Assembly: GCA_038279365.1 (NCBI GenBank)
Contig: JAYODI010000072.1
Location: 14,952-29,721 of the forward strand
Source of the DNA: Candidatus Latescibacterota bacterium
GTDB lineage: Bacteria; Latescibacterota; UBA2968
Direction of reading: 5' to 3'
DNA length: 14,770 bases
Part shown: piece by piece, positions 1-8,069 of the stretch
Numbering within the stretch: the stretch's first letter is position 1
Layout of the letters: each line of letters opens with the position of its first letter
Made by a program: the position numbers and the translations under genes
Notes under the pieces: model-generated
Seen by the model: only the letters and a program-made list of their open reading frames with translations
Database searches by the model: none
What the model was told of the DNA's origin: nothing

Positions 1-57
1 AAAAATCAAGGGCGCGGGGATCGTTAAAAATCGAGGGCGCGGGGACCGCGCCCCTAC
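1..57 (-). repeat. GTAG-type REP-like palindrome (35-57) with a partial tandem duplicate (1-22); may also act as terminator of the upstream gene
   Basis: Minus strand reads GTAG-GGGCGCGG-TCC-CCGCGCCC-TCGATTTTT: GTAG tag, perfect 8-bp stem, then a T-run. It lies 32 nt after the stop at 90. Bases 1-22 nearly repeat 26-47 (AAAAATCRAGGGCGCGGGGAYC). Confidence 0.7.
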
Positions 58-89
58 GGAAAAATGAAAACGTATGAATTTGTTGCGTG

Positions 90-1655
90 TTATTCCTCAT
101 CCTGTGTGGGTGAAGGTTTTTTCTTGAATCTTAAGATGTATGTATCGGGGTTGCGCACAATGTGAATGATGTCGAAACGGTCGCGATTGGCTTCAATGGC
201 GGGATAAAGATATTGGGGTGTTGAACTAAAACCCAGTTGATCAAGAATGACAATGTCGATGTTGTTTTTTTCAAAATCGGCAATGATGGCATCGGGTGAT
301 TCCCAAATATACCCCCCACTTTTGCGATTGGTTATGGCGTTGATTAAAAAGGGTTTGCGGCAGGATATTTTTGTATTGGGATCGGTGTTGTTTTTGATCC
401 ATTCACCCGCTTCAAAATAGTTTTTCCAGTTGGGTGGAAATTGTCCACTGCGTTGATGCAGTTCGTGTGTGGCCACACTGTTGGAAGCCAATGCGATAAA
501 AAAGGCGATGACAACTGCTTTTTGTGTGGTTGATGCACTGAACTTTTGGACGAGGTTGGAAATGCTGTTTAAGAAGGCATAAAAGAGAATGGGTATGGCT
601 GGGATGAGGAATCGGATATCGGACCAGACTTGAGGCCAGAGCATGTAGAGCCCCAAATAACAAATGAGAAAAATGGCGGGGAGTTGGCGTTTTTGAATGC
701 CTATGATGATGGTATAAAAGACGAGACCTGTAAATAGAATGCCAAGAATGATATTGGATTCTGTGGCAATAGAAGGTACAAAAACTTCTGGGATTCTATA
801 GAGGCCATAGATTTGCGCGTTGGCGATGAGGCGTTCTATAAGCGTACCAAAGGTGAGTAGGCCTTCATCGGGTTGATAGGGGTTGATGCTAAAGAGTTGG
901 TTGATGTAGTCGTTGCCACCCAATGCGCGGTTGCGTATTTGCCAAGGCAAAGCAAGTAAAAAGCTGCCCATTGCAATGATGCCGGCTTCTTTCCATTTTT
1001 GGTGAAGGGCAAAGAAGATAATACCTGTACCAACCAACACGATGCCTGCACTGCGAATATAATAGGCGACCATGATGGCAAGGATGGCAAAAAGGAGTGT
1101 TTTGAGAGATTCATTTTCATGAGCGCGTTGTAGCAGGATGAGTGCAAGGATCGAAAAGGGCAAAAATGGGATTTCTGACATGACTTGGTGTGAGAAGTTG
1201 AGCAGGGGTGTTGAGATGAGGCATAACAATGTGACAAAGAGCGATGTAGGTGGTTCTGCATAGTGGCGTATGAGTTTGTAAATGAGTGGTAGGGAGATGG
1301 CATAAAGAAAAACGACAAGACTTTTGAGGGCGATGAGGCTGCCTGGTATGATGATGTCTACAAGGGCGAGAAGAAGTGGAAACCCAAAGGGGTATTTGGT
1401 GTGTGGTGTGGGGGTATCACCCAAGGTTTCGGAAAGGCCAAAACCGGCAGCGAGAGAACGGCCCAGGTTGATAAACTGAGCATTGTCACCGCTTAAGGAG
1501 AGGTTGCTGTCGAAGAGCAAGATGCCCATGAGCAAACCCAAGGCACCCAAAACAGGTAAAAACCACGGGGTGGTTTCGATTTGTTCTATGGTGATTTTAG
1601 AACGCTTGGTTTGGGTGGGCGGTGTGGGTTTGGGACGGTTGGGTTGTTTGGCCAT
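90..1655 (-). CDS. ArnT/PMT-like GT-C fold integral membrane glycosyltransferase (lipid-linked sugar donor), 521 aa
   Basis: Many hydrophobic helices; first loop SLSGDNAQFINLGRSL with acidic residue; KYPFGFPLLL, MSEIPF and DIRFLIP segments; soluble C-terminal domain. This layout is typical of GT-C proteins. Confidence 0.75.
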   Translation of the reverse strand: MAKQPNRPKPTPPTQTKRSKITIEQIETTPWFLPVLGALGLLMGILLFDSNLSLSGDNAQFINLGRSLAAGFGLSETLGDTPTPHTKYPFGFPLLLALVDIIIPGSLIALKSLVVFLYAISLPLIYKLIRHYAEPPTSLFVTLLCLISTPLLNFSHQVMSEIPFLPFSILALILLQRAHENESLKTLLFAILAIMVAYYIRSAGIVLVGTGIIFFALHQKWKEAGIIAMGSFLLALPWQIRNRALGGNDYINQLFSINPYQPDEGLLTFGTLIERLIANAQIYGLYRIPEVFVPSIATESNIILGILFTGLVFYTIIIGIQKRQLPAIFLICYLGLYMLWPQVWSDIRFLIPAIPILFYAFLNSISNLVQKFSASTTQKAVVIAFFIALASNSVATHELHQRSGQFPPNWKNYFEAGEWIKNNTDPNTKISCRKPFLINAITNRKSGGYIWESPDAIIADFEKNNIDIVILDQLGFSSTPQYLYPAIEANRDRFDIIHIVRNPDTYILRFKKKPSPTQDEE

Positions 1656-1663
1656 GAATGTAA

Positions 1664-1745
1664 GGTCTCAGGTCAGCAGGTCGCAGGGCACAAGTCAGAA
1701 CCGTAAGGCATTGTGGTTTTGACTTGTGACCTGAAGACTTGTGAC
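1664..1745. repeat. Long imperfect inverted repeat built from 7-8-nt units, filling the intergenic gap
   Basis: CACAAGTCAGAACC (1689-1702) pairs with GGTTTTGACTTGTG (1715-1728). Left units GGTCTCA/GGTCAGCA/GGTCGCA face right units GACTTGT/GACCTGAA/GACTTGT. Confidence 0.7.
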
Positions 1746-1750
1746 GGTTT

Positions 1751-2707
1751 TTATTTTATCACATTTGCAAAGAATTCTTCGTATTGCGATGCCACGAGGC
1801 GATAGTCGCATTTGGCGAGCACATTTTCGCGGCCTTTGCGACCAATTTCGGGGTCTACGGGGCTGTTTGTGAGTTCGAGAATTTGGTCGGCAAATTTGTC
1901 GGTGTCGTATTGGGGAATGAGGAAGCCACTTTTGCCGTGTTCGATCACTTCGTGGAGTGAGGGCAAGTCGAAAGCAACGATGTTGCGGCCCAATGCCATC
2001 GCGCCTAAGAGCGAGTGCGGAATGAGGTTAAAGGTGGTGGTGATGACCACGCAGCGTGCTTTGGCTTGGTAATCGGGCATTTCGTTTTGTGGCAAAGAGC
2101 GTGTGGAGACATTGGGATAGTCGTTGGGATTGATTTCGGGATTGACGCCGAGGAATTCAAAATGCACTTCGGGGTCTTTTTGATAGACCTTGTCCATAAT
2201 TTGAACGAGGTATTCCCAGCCCATGATGGATCGTGATGGGAAGTGGTTGCCCACGCAGATGACCCGTTTGGGGTCGGGTGCTTCTTCACGCAGGGTGAAG
2301 ATGTCTGGGTTTACAGGGCAATACATGACGGCAGAGTCCATTTTCCAGTGGTCCATGAGGTATTCACGGCCCCATTCGCAGACGCTTACTTGATGGGCAA
2401 ATTTGTAAACGGTGCCCGCAAAGCGTTTGATGGAAGGAATCCACCAGTGGGTGAGCACGAGGGGAATACCGGGTTTGAATTTGGACCATTTGTATTTGAG
2501 GGCTTGGCCCACATCTTGGGGTGAACCGACCCAAATGACGTCGGGATTGGACGGCCATTCGCGCTTCACGCCTTCGGCAATGGCAGCACGTTCTTCGCTC
2601 CATTGCGTAACCCCTTCTGTGAGATAGACTTCGTGGCCTCGGTTGACCCATTCTCGCAATAAACTCTCTTGAACGCCTTCGTGGCAGGCATAGACCTGAA
2701 TTTTCAT
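1751..2707 (-). CDS. GT4-like (GT-B) glycosyltransferase with atypical donor-binding motif, ~318 aa
   Basis: C-terminal Glycos_transf_1-like segment (LLGAMALGRNIVAFDLPSLHEVIEHGKSGFLIP, GRENVLAKCDY). ATG at 2707 is preferred over TTG at 2713 because GGGGA lies 8 nt upstream. Confidence 0.8.
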   Translation of the reverse strand: MKIQVYACHEGVQESLLREWVNRGHEVYLTEGVTQWSEERAAIAEGVKREWPSNPDVIWVGSPQDVGQALKYKWSKFKPGIPLVLTHWWIPSIKRFAGTVYKFAHQVSVCEWGREYLMDHWKMDSAVMYCPVNPDIFTLREEAPDPKRVICVGNHFPSRSIMGWEYLVQIMDKVYQKDPEVHFEFLGVNPEINPNDYPNVSTRSLPQNEMPDYQAKARCVVITTTFNLIPHSLLGAMALGRNIVAFDLPSLHEVIEHGKSGFLIPQYDTDKFADQILELTNSPVDPEIGRKGRENVLAKCDYRLVASQYEEFFANVIK

Positions 2708-2757
2708 GTTCAAATTCCCCGTTCTGCTTGTTTTTTATTGTATTTAGATCGCATCTG

Positions 2758-2786
2758 AATATAGGATTTTAGGCATGAAAGGTCAA
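2758..2786 (-). promoter_or_regulatory. Putative sigma70-type internal promoter
   Basis: Minus strand TTGACC (2786-2781), 17-nt spacer, TATATT (2763-2758); both boxes 5/6 to consensus; about 50 nt upstream of the ATG at 2707. Confidence 0.65.
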
Positions 2787-2794
2787 CTGATGGC

Positions 2795-3823
2795 TTAAGG
2801 TGATGCAATAAATCCAGCATTTTTATAAGCGTTTTCTAATTGGCGACCTACGTTATCCCATAAGAAGGTGTTACGGGCATATTCAATGGTGCCTTCTGGC
2901 AGGTCATTTTGATAGGTTTTTTGGATGGTGTTGCGCATGTCAGATTCAGAATGGGGATCGAAGTAATTGGCGTAGTGTTTGAAGGTTTCTTGTGTGGTGC
3001 CGCCGTTTGTGATGGCGACTTTGGTGCCTGCCAAGAGGGCTTCCATGGCGACCATGCAGGGGTATTCGTAGAAGCTGGGCACCACAAGGGTGTTGGCGGC
3101 GGCAAATGCAGAGGCCAAGAGGTTGTCTTTGGGGTTGAGATAGTCGATGAAGAGGGTGTTGGGCGAAGCTTCTTTTTTGCATTGTTCGAGGTAGTCTTCG
3201 GCACCTGTGATGGGGCGACCGACAAAAACGAGGGGCAGGTCGGTGGTTTTGTTGGCGCGAATGAGGCCGAGTTGGTTTTTTTGGCGGGGGTCAAATCGGC
3301 CAATGCAAAAGAGAAAGTTGTCGATGCCGTAGTGTTTTTTGAAGGGTTCGGGGTCTGCGCCGACAAAGCGATCTGCCACGCCACACGGGACGATGGTCAT
3401 TTTTTCTTTGGGGATGTCGTAGAGGTCGGCAAGCAGGTCTTGTTCGCCTTGGGCATTGGGCAAGATGAGGTCGGCTTCGTTGAGCATGAGGCGTACAAGG
3501 GCAGGTGGGGGTTTGAGGCGTGTGAGGCGGCTGAGGTATTTGCGCGAGAGGCGTTGTGATTTGGGGTGGTCGGGCAGCCAATACATGGTGGTGACGGCGA
3601 GTTTTTTACCTGCGGCTTTGACGGTGAGAAACCAGTCGTAGTTGCCGTAGCCCAAACCAAAGTGGTGGATGAGGTCAAAGTCTTCGAGTTTGTGTGTCCA
3701 GGGGTCGAAGCGGTGAACGTCATAGCCGTTTTGTTGGAGGTATTCGAAGGTTTGGTTGAGGGTGAACATGCCACCACCTGGGTCGAGGCGCATGGTGGGG
3801 TAGGCGAAGACGCCGATTTTCAT
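2795..3823 (-). CDS. GT4 family glycosyltransferase, 342 aa
   Basis: MKIGVFAY start with AAAGGAAG Shine-Dalgarno; IGRFDPRQKNQ and PSFYEYPCMVAMEALLAG (intact EX7E). The ORF-track extension to 3970 runs into the repeat element. Confidence 0.88.
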   Translation of the reverse strand: MKIGVFAYPTMRLDPGGGMFTLNQTFEYLQQNGYDVHRFDPWTHKLEDFDLIHHFGLGYGNYDWFLTVKAAGKKLAVTTMYWLPDHPKSQRLSRKYLSRLTRLKPPPALVRLMLNEADLILPNAQGEQDLLADLYDIPKEKMTIVPCGVADRFVGADPEPFKKHYGIDNFLFCIGRFDPRQKNQLGLIRANKTTDLPLVFVGRPITGAEDYLEQCKKEASPNTLFIDYLNPKDNLLASAFAAANTLVVPSFYEYPCMVAMEALLAGTKVAITNGGTTQETFKHYANYFDPHSESDMRNTIQKTYQNDLPEGTIEYARNTFLWDNVGRQLENAYKNAGFIASP

Positions 3824-3891
3824 GTTTTGACTTCCTTTGTCAATTGCAGGTGTTGCTGTTTTAGGATTTGCATTCACGTTGGTTGCTTGTA

Positions 3892-4114
3892 TTGCCTTCG
3901 GCGACCTACTTCTTTGAGAGACCAAAGAAGTAGGCAAGAAAGTCTCTCGCTGGCCGCGAGGGGCTTTCAATAGTGATCAGAGTTTTTACGGGCGGAGGCC
4001 ACCCTCACCTGCCCGTGCCGTTCCCACCCTTCCGCATATTCCATATGCCCCTTCCACGCCCACCCCAAAGGCCACCACACCAACTGCACAACGGCCCACA
4101 CCACCTGTGGGTGG
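3892..4114 (-). repeat. Copy 1 of a ~220-nt structured dispersed element (candidate ncRNA, leader or non-autonomous mobile element)
   Basis: Shares identical 13-, 23- and 31-nt blocks and hairpin order with 13300-13514; stems show compensatory changes. Begins 3 nt after the flippase stop. Strand assignment is tentative. Confidence 0.85.
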
Positions 4115-4117
4115 TAT

Positions 4118-5668
4118 TCAGGTTTTTTGCTCTTCTCCCTTTGTTGAGGAAGAATTTGGCTTGATGGCGTGAACAATATTTTGAATTTCTTGCATGATGG
4201 TTTTGCGTTCGATTAAGAATAAACCAAAGATGTAGCCTGTGGAAAAGAGGAAACTGCCGATGATGAAATGGGCAAGGGGTGAGACGGTGATAAGTGATGG
4301 GGCGATGGCTTGGTGGCAGGCTACTCCGATGAGGCCTGCGATGAGTGGGGGACCGAAGGTTTTGGTGATGGGGATGTCTACAAATTTTCGTGCATAGATG
4401 AGGGCTAAGATGAGGCCGATGAAGGCCATAATGTTCATGCTGAGTGCAATGCCGTAGATGCCCATTTCGCGTGCGAGTAGGGGGGCGAGGATGAGGAGGA
4501 TGAGGCCTTGTATGGCGGCAAAACGGGCGATGCTTAAGGGCGATCCAACGCTGTAGAAGAGGGCGTGGAGGTCGTCGAGGATGGGGCGGCAGAGGGAGTA
4601 GATGATGAGGGATTGGAGCAGGGGGGCGGCAGAGATCCATTCGTCGCGAAAGATGAGGATCCAGCGGTCGGCTTCGAGGGCAAGTAAAATGGATAAGGGA
4701 ACGGTGGCTCGCAGGATGAGGCGCAGGGCACGGCGATAGGCAGCAGAGAGTTGTTCGCGGTCATTTTGATAGCGGGCATAGACGGCACCAGTGATGCGCA
4801 CGATGGCCAAGGTGATGGCACCCGTGGGAATTTGAGCAAAGTCTTGTGCGGTGTCGTAGAGGCCGCGCCAGTGGAGGCCCAAGTAGAAGCTGATGATGAG
4901 TTTGTCGTAGTGTTGTACAAAGATTTTGGGTACGCCACCGAGCCAAAATTGGAATCCGTATCGAATCATTTGACGGGCGGCTTGGGCATCAAATTGTTTG
5001 AGGCGATGGAGTGGGGGTGGGTGTTTGGACCAGACGACTGCGCAAAAGACCACGACGTAAGCAACGCTGTAGGGATAGAAGCCAAGAATGAGGGCCCATT
5101 TGCCAAAGCCGAAATAGGCGAGGGTGATGCCCACAAGTGCGGCCAAGATGGTGCCACCGGCATGGGCAATTGCCAGGCGACCAAATGCAAGGTCGCGTTG
5201 GAGTTGTACTTCGGCGGTGAGGGCGGCGGTGCGGAAGAAGTCGAAAATGCCAAAGACGGCCAAGGCGAGGGCCACTTTGGGGTAGGCTTCGGTGGCGGTT
5301 GCGCCGCCGAGGTAGGCTTCGAGGGTTTGGGCCACAGCAATGGCTTGGTCGTAATAGACGGCCATGAGCAGTGCCAAGGCGGTGCTGATGCTGCCCAGGC
5401 CAATGCTTAAGACAAAATGTGTGGGCGCAAGGGTGTGGACGCGGTCGTGTTGGTGAAGAAGGGCGTAGTGCAGGCCAAAGTCACGAACGGCAACAGCCAT
5501 GGCAAGAAGTGAAAACGCCGTGCCAACCGCGCCGAAGTCTTCGGGTACGAGAATTTGTAAGAGCAAGAGCCGAACGGCAAGTGTGAGCAACCGTGCGGCA
5601 TAGGCACTGCCAAATGTTTGGATGGCTCCACGTGCAATGCGTTGGATGGCGGATTGTTCATCCGACAT
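4118..5668 (-). CDS. Wzx/MOP-family oligosaccharide flippase, 516 aa
   Basis: Polytopic membrane protein with LLQILVPEDFGAVG, QLQRDLAFGRLA, YDKLIISFYLG...GLYDTA segments. Start MSDEQ at 5668 has GAGGA upstream and overlaps the previous gene by 11 nt. Confidence 0.88.
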   Translation of the reverse strand: MSDEQSAIQRIARGAIQTFGSAYAARLLTLAVRLLLLQILVPEDFGAVGTAFSLLAMAVAVRDFGLHYALLHQHDRVHTLAPTHFVLSIGLGSISTALALLMAVYYDQAIAVAQTLEAYLGGATATEAYPKVALALAVFGIFDFFRTAALTAEVQLQRDLAFGRLAIAHAGGTILAALVGITLAYFGFGKWALILGFYPYSVAYVVVFCAVVWSKHPPPLHRLKQFDAQAARQMIRYGFQFWLGGVPKIFVQHYDKLIISFYLGLHWRGLYDTAQDFAQIPTGAITLAIVRITGAVYARYQNDREQLSAAYRRALRLILRATVPLSILLALEADRWILIFRDEWISAAPLLQSLIIYSLCRPILDDLHALFYSVGSPLSIARFAAIQGLILLILAPLLAREMGIYGIALSMNIMAFIGLILALIYARKFVDIPITKTFGPPLIAGLIGVACHQAIAPSLITVSPLAHFIIGSFLFSTGYIFGLFLIERKTIMQEIQNIVHAIKPNSSSTKGEEQKT

Positions 5669-8069
5669 CTTCGGTGTCCTCGGTGGGTTTTCGGGCAAAC
5701 ACGATGAGACCCATGATGAGTATGGCAACGCCCCCAAAGGTGATCCAACGGGTTGTGGCCACAATGGGGTCGTGGTAGCGCAATTCTACGGTGTGTTCAC
5801 CGGGTGAAAGGGCCACGGCTGTCCAGAGGTAGTTGGCGCGAATGAGAGGTTTTTGCTCACCATCAACAAAGGCTTGCCAGTGTGGGTGGTGGTTTTGTGA
5901 GATGACCAGTATGCGTGGCCCCGATGCGTTGGTGTGGAGTTTGACATGGCCTTGTCGGGCATCGTATTCGAGTTTTTCAACGGTGCCTGGTTCTTGGGCG
6001 TTGGTGTCTTGTGCGATACCTGGGTCTTCTTCTAAGAGGGCCGTTTCTTGTGGGCGGGTATTTGGATCACGTAGGCGCTCGAGAATTTGATCTTCATCAT
6101 TAATGATTTCGTATTGCGGTGCGAGGTAAAACCACGGTAGAGCAAGTGGGTTTTGGTAGATGTGTAGATTATCAGCTTCACCTGCCTTTTGCATCCAAGG
6201 TATATCGAGTGGATTGGTTGAGACAAGGTATTTGGTGTTGAGCAAGTTGAGAATGGTGGGGCGATTGAGGTCGCCAGATTTGAGAATGTGGTCGTAGCGG
6301 CCAATGGCGAAGTCGTTAAAACCTGTAACAAGGTCAATGCCATGAAGAGGAACGTCTTTTGCACTTGGATACGCGAAGACACGAAAAAGATCGGTGTCTT
6401 TTTTGAGGTAGTTGACCACATTGGGGTTGATCTGTTCTTGTGCTTGTACGACGTTGGGATTGACGTAAGAGAGAAACAATTTGTCGATGCGCCATGTGTC
6501 AACGATGATGAGTGGGATAAGAATGAGGGCAAAGACATGAGGTTGTAATTTGTTTTGAAGCCGTAGGTGTGTGAGCAGGGTCATGATGCCCACAAAAAGT
6601 GCGGCCAAAAGTGCGCCTTGTCCGAGATAGCCTAAACTGGCTTGTGCCACTTGCATTTTGGGGGCTGGCATGTCTGTCCATAAAATGCTGCGCCAAATAG
6701 AAAGTAGGGTTGCGGGTGAAAAGGAAAAGATGAGCAGAACAATTGCGGATGCACTGCCTGCAATGAGAAACTTGCGCGCAGTTTCGGGGGCAAGGTCTGC
6801 GTTGAGAATGCGGTGAAGACCATAGGCTGATAAGAGGCACAATGCAAAGGCATATAAGAAGGCGATCATGCCAGGGGCACGCAACACATTAACACCGGGT
6901 ATGAGATAATAAAAGATTTTGTGCAAAGGTGTGTGTGGGCCTAATGCAAAGGCAATGGCAAGAATGAAAAGTGCAAACAGAAAGGCGATATGTGACTTTT
7001 TGCGCATGAATGTGAGCGCAAAGAGACCAAAGAACAACGGAATGATGCCAACATATTCAGAGTTGCCTTTGAACAGGTTTCGCCCCCAATAATGGTAACC
7101 GTCTTCGTTTTGATCTACGCCCGGAAATTTTGAATCAAACCCACCAAATTCGGGAATGACAAGGGCGAAAATTTCTTCGGGGTGGAGCGACCAGGACGAC
7201 GCGTATTCGTAGCCTGCACCAGCTTGTTCTTTGCCAGCCCGTTTGGTTACGGTTTTTGTGTTCCAATATTGTGGAAACACACCTTCGGCTCCAATGGCCA
7301 AACCCAAACAGATGGCACCTGCAGAAAGGAGTGAGCGATAGAGTGCGCTGTTGATGTTTTTGTCTTGGAGATAGTGCTGCACCACTTTGTAAAGATAGAG
7401 CAGGCCCAATGCCCAAAGTGCGAAGTAAACCATTTGCAAGTGAGGGGTATAAATGCTGATGCCTACGGTACCACCAAGTATGAGAAAGTAGATGATTTTT
7501 TTGGTGTCCATGCCTTGGTAGAGAGCCCAATACATGAGTGGTAAAAATGAGATCACAGACATTTTGGCAAAATGTCCGGCATGGGTGAATGTAAGCAATG
7601 TGGGGGTTGATGCATAAGCCACACCGGCAACAAGTGCTGCGAGAGGATGAAGCCCCAAGGCGCGGGCACAGAGAAAGGTGAAGTATCCGGCACAGAACAT
7701 GGCAAAGACATAACGCCAACCAAAGTAACGGTGTTCACTGGTAAAAAGTGCGATAATTTGAAGTGGGAAATATTGTGCACGCAGGCCACTGGATTCAGGT
7801 GTGCCGCCCATATAGCGGCTCCAGTTGGCAGGTGGGATTTGCGCCAATTTTTCAACGAAGGAACCTTGGCCTTTTTGAAGTTCAAAACCCGTGTCGGAAC
7901 CCAGTATGACATCACCTGTAAAGATAAAACGATAAAAATAGATGATGGTGAGGAGAGCAAAGAATGCAACGGGTACCCACGGCTTGGACAATTTTTCTGT
8001 GAGCGATGTTGATTCTGTGGTGTCGGTTGTTTGTGAGGTGGGTCGCGTTTGGCGTGCGCGTTTGCTCAT
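5658..8069 (-). CDS. YfhO-family large membrane protein (GT-C-like), 803 aa
   Basis: SWSLHPEEIFALVIP, YVGIIPL, LNLLNTKYLV, NPLALPWFY and C-terminal HPHWQAFVDGEQKPLIRANYLWTAVALSPGEHTVELRY. ATG at 8069 overlaps the upstream stop (ATGA) and has an AAAGGA Shine-Dalgarno. Confidence 0.85.
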   Translation of the reverse strand: MSKRARQTRPTSQTTDTTESTSLTEKLSKPWVPVAFFALLTIIYFYRFIFTGDVILGSDTGFELQKGQGSFVEKLAQIPPANWSRYMGGTPESSGLRAQYFPLQIIALFTSEHRYFGWRYVFAMFCAGYFTFLCARALGLHPLAALVAGVAYASTPTLLTFTHAGHFAKMSVISFLPLMYWALYQGMDTKKIIYFLILGGTVGISIYTPHLQMVYFALWALGLLYLYKVVQHYLQDKNINSALYRSLLSAGAICLGLAIGAEGVFPQYWNTKTVTKRAGKEQAGAGYEYASSWSLHPEEIFALVIPEFGGFDSKFPGVDQNEDGYHYWGRNLFKGNSEYVGIIPLFFGLFALTFMRKKSHIAFLFALFILAIAFALGPHTPLHKIFYYLIPGVNVLRAPGMIAFLYAFALCLLSAYGLHRILNADLAPETARKFLIAGSASAIVLLIFSFSPATLLSIWRSILWTDMPAPKMQVAQASLGYLGQGALLAALFVGIMTLLTHLRLQNKLQPHVFALILIPLIIVDTWRIDKLFLSYVNPNVVQAQEQINPNVVNYLKKDTDLFRVFAYPSAKDVPLHGIDLVTGFNDFAIGRYDHILKSGDLNRPTILNLLNTKYLVSTNPLDIPWMQKAGEADNLHIYQNPLALPWFYLAPQYEIINDEDQILERLRDPNTRPQETALLEEDPGIAQDTNAQEPGTVEKLEYDARQGHVKLHTNASGPRILVISQNHHPHWQAFVDGEQKPLIRANYLWTAVALSPGEHTVELRYHDPIVATTRWITFGGVAILIMGLIVFARKPTEDTEDVG

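Noticed and set aside
3824-3970. N-terminal extensions starting MKAPR on both the GT4 ORF (to 3970) and the fusion ORF (to 13373)
   Set aside because: Both come from reading into the repeated element, diverge after five residues, and better starts with Shine-Dalgarno motifs exist at 3823 and 13250.
3889-4118. GTATT at both edges of element copy 1 as a target-site duplication
   Set aside because: It overlaps conserved element bases, and copy 2 has no equivalent duplication.
3967-4176. Small ORFs across the element (3967-4176 minus, 3973-4164 plus, 13284-13520 plus, 13297-13617 plus) as leader or toxin peptides
   Set aside because: Starts and stops are not shared between copies, indels occur, and substitutions preserve base pairing rather than codons.
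2909-5410. Long plus-strand ORFs 2909-3559 and 4751-5410, and similar overlapping ORFs elsewhere
   Set aside because: Antisense or off-frame shadows of well-supported genes, with no recognisable motifs.
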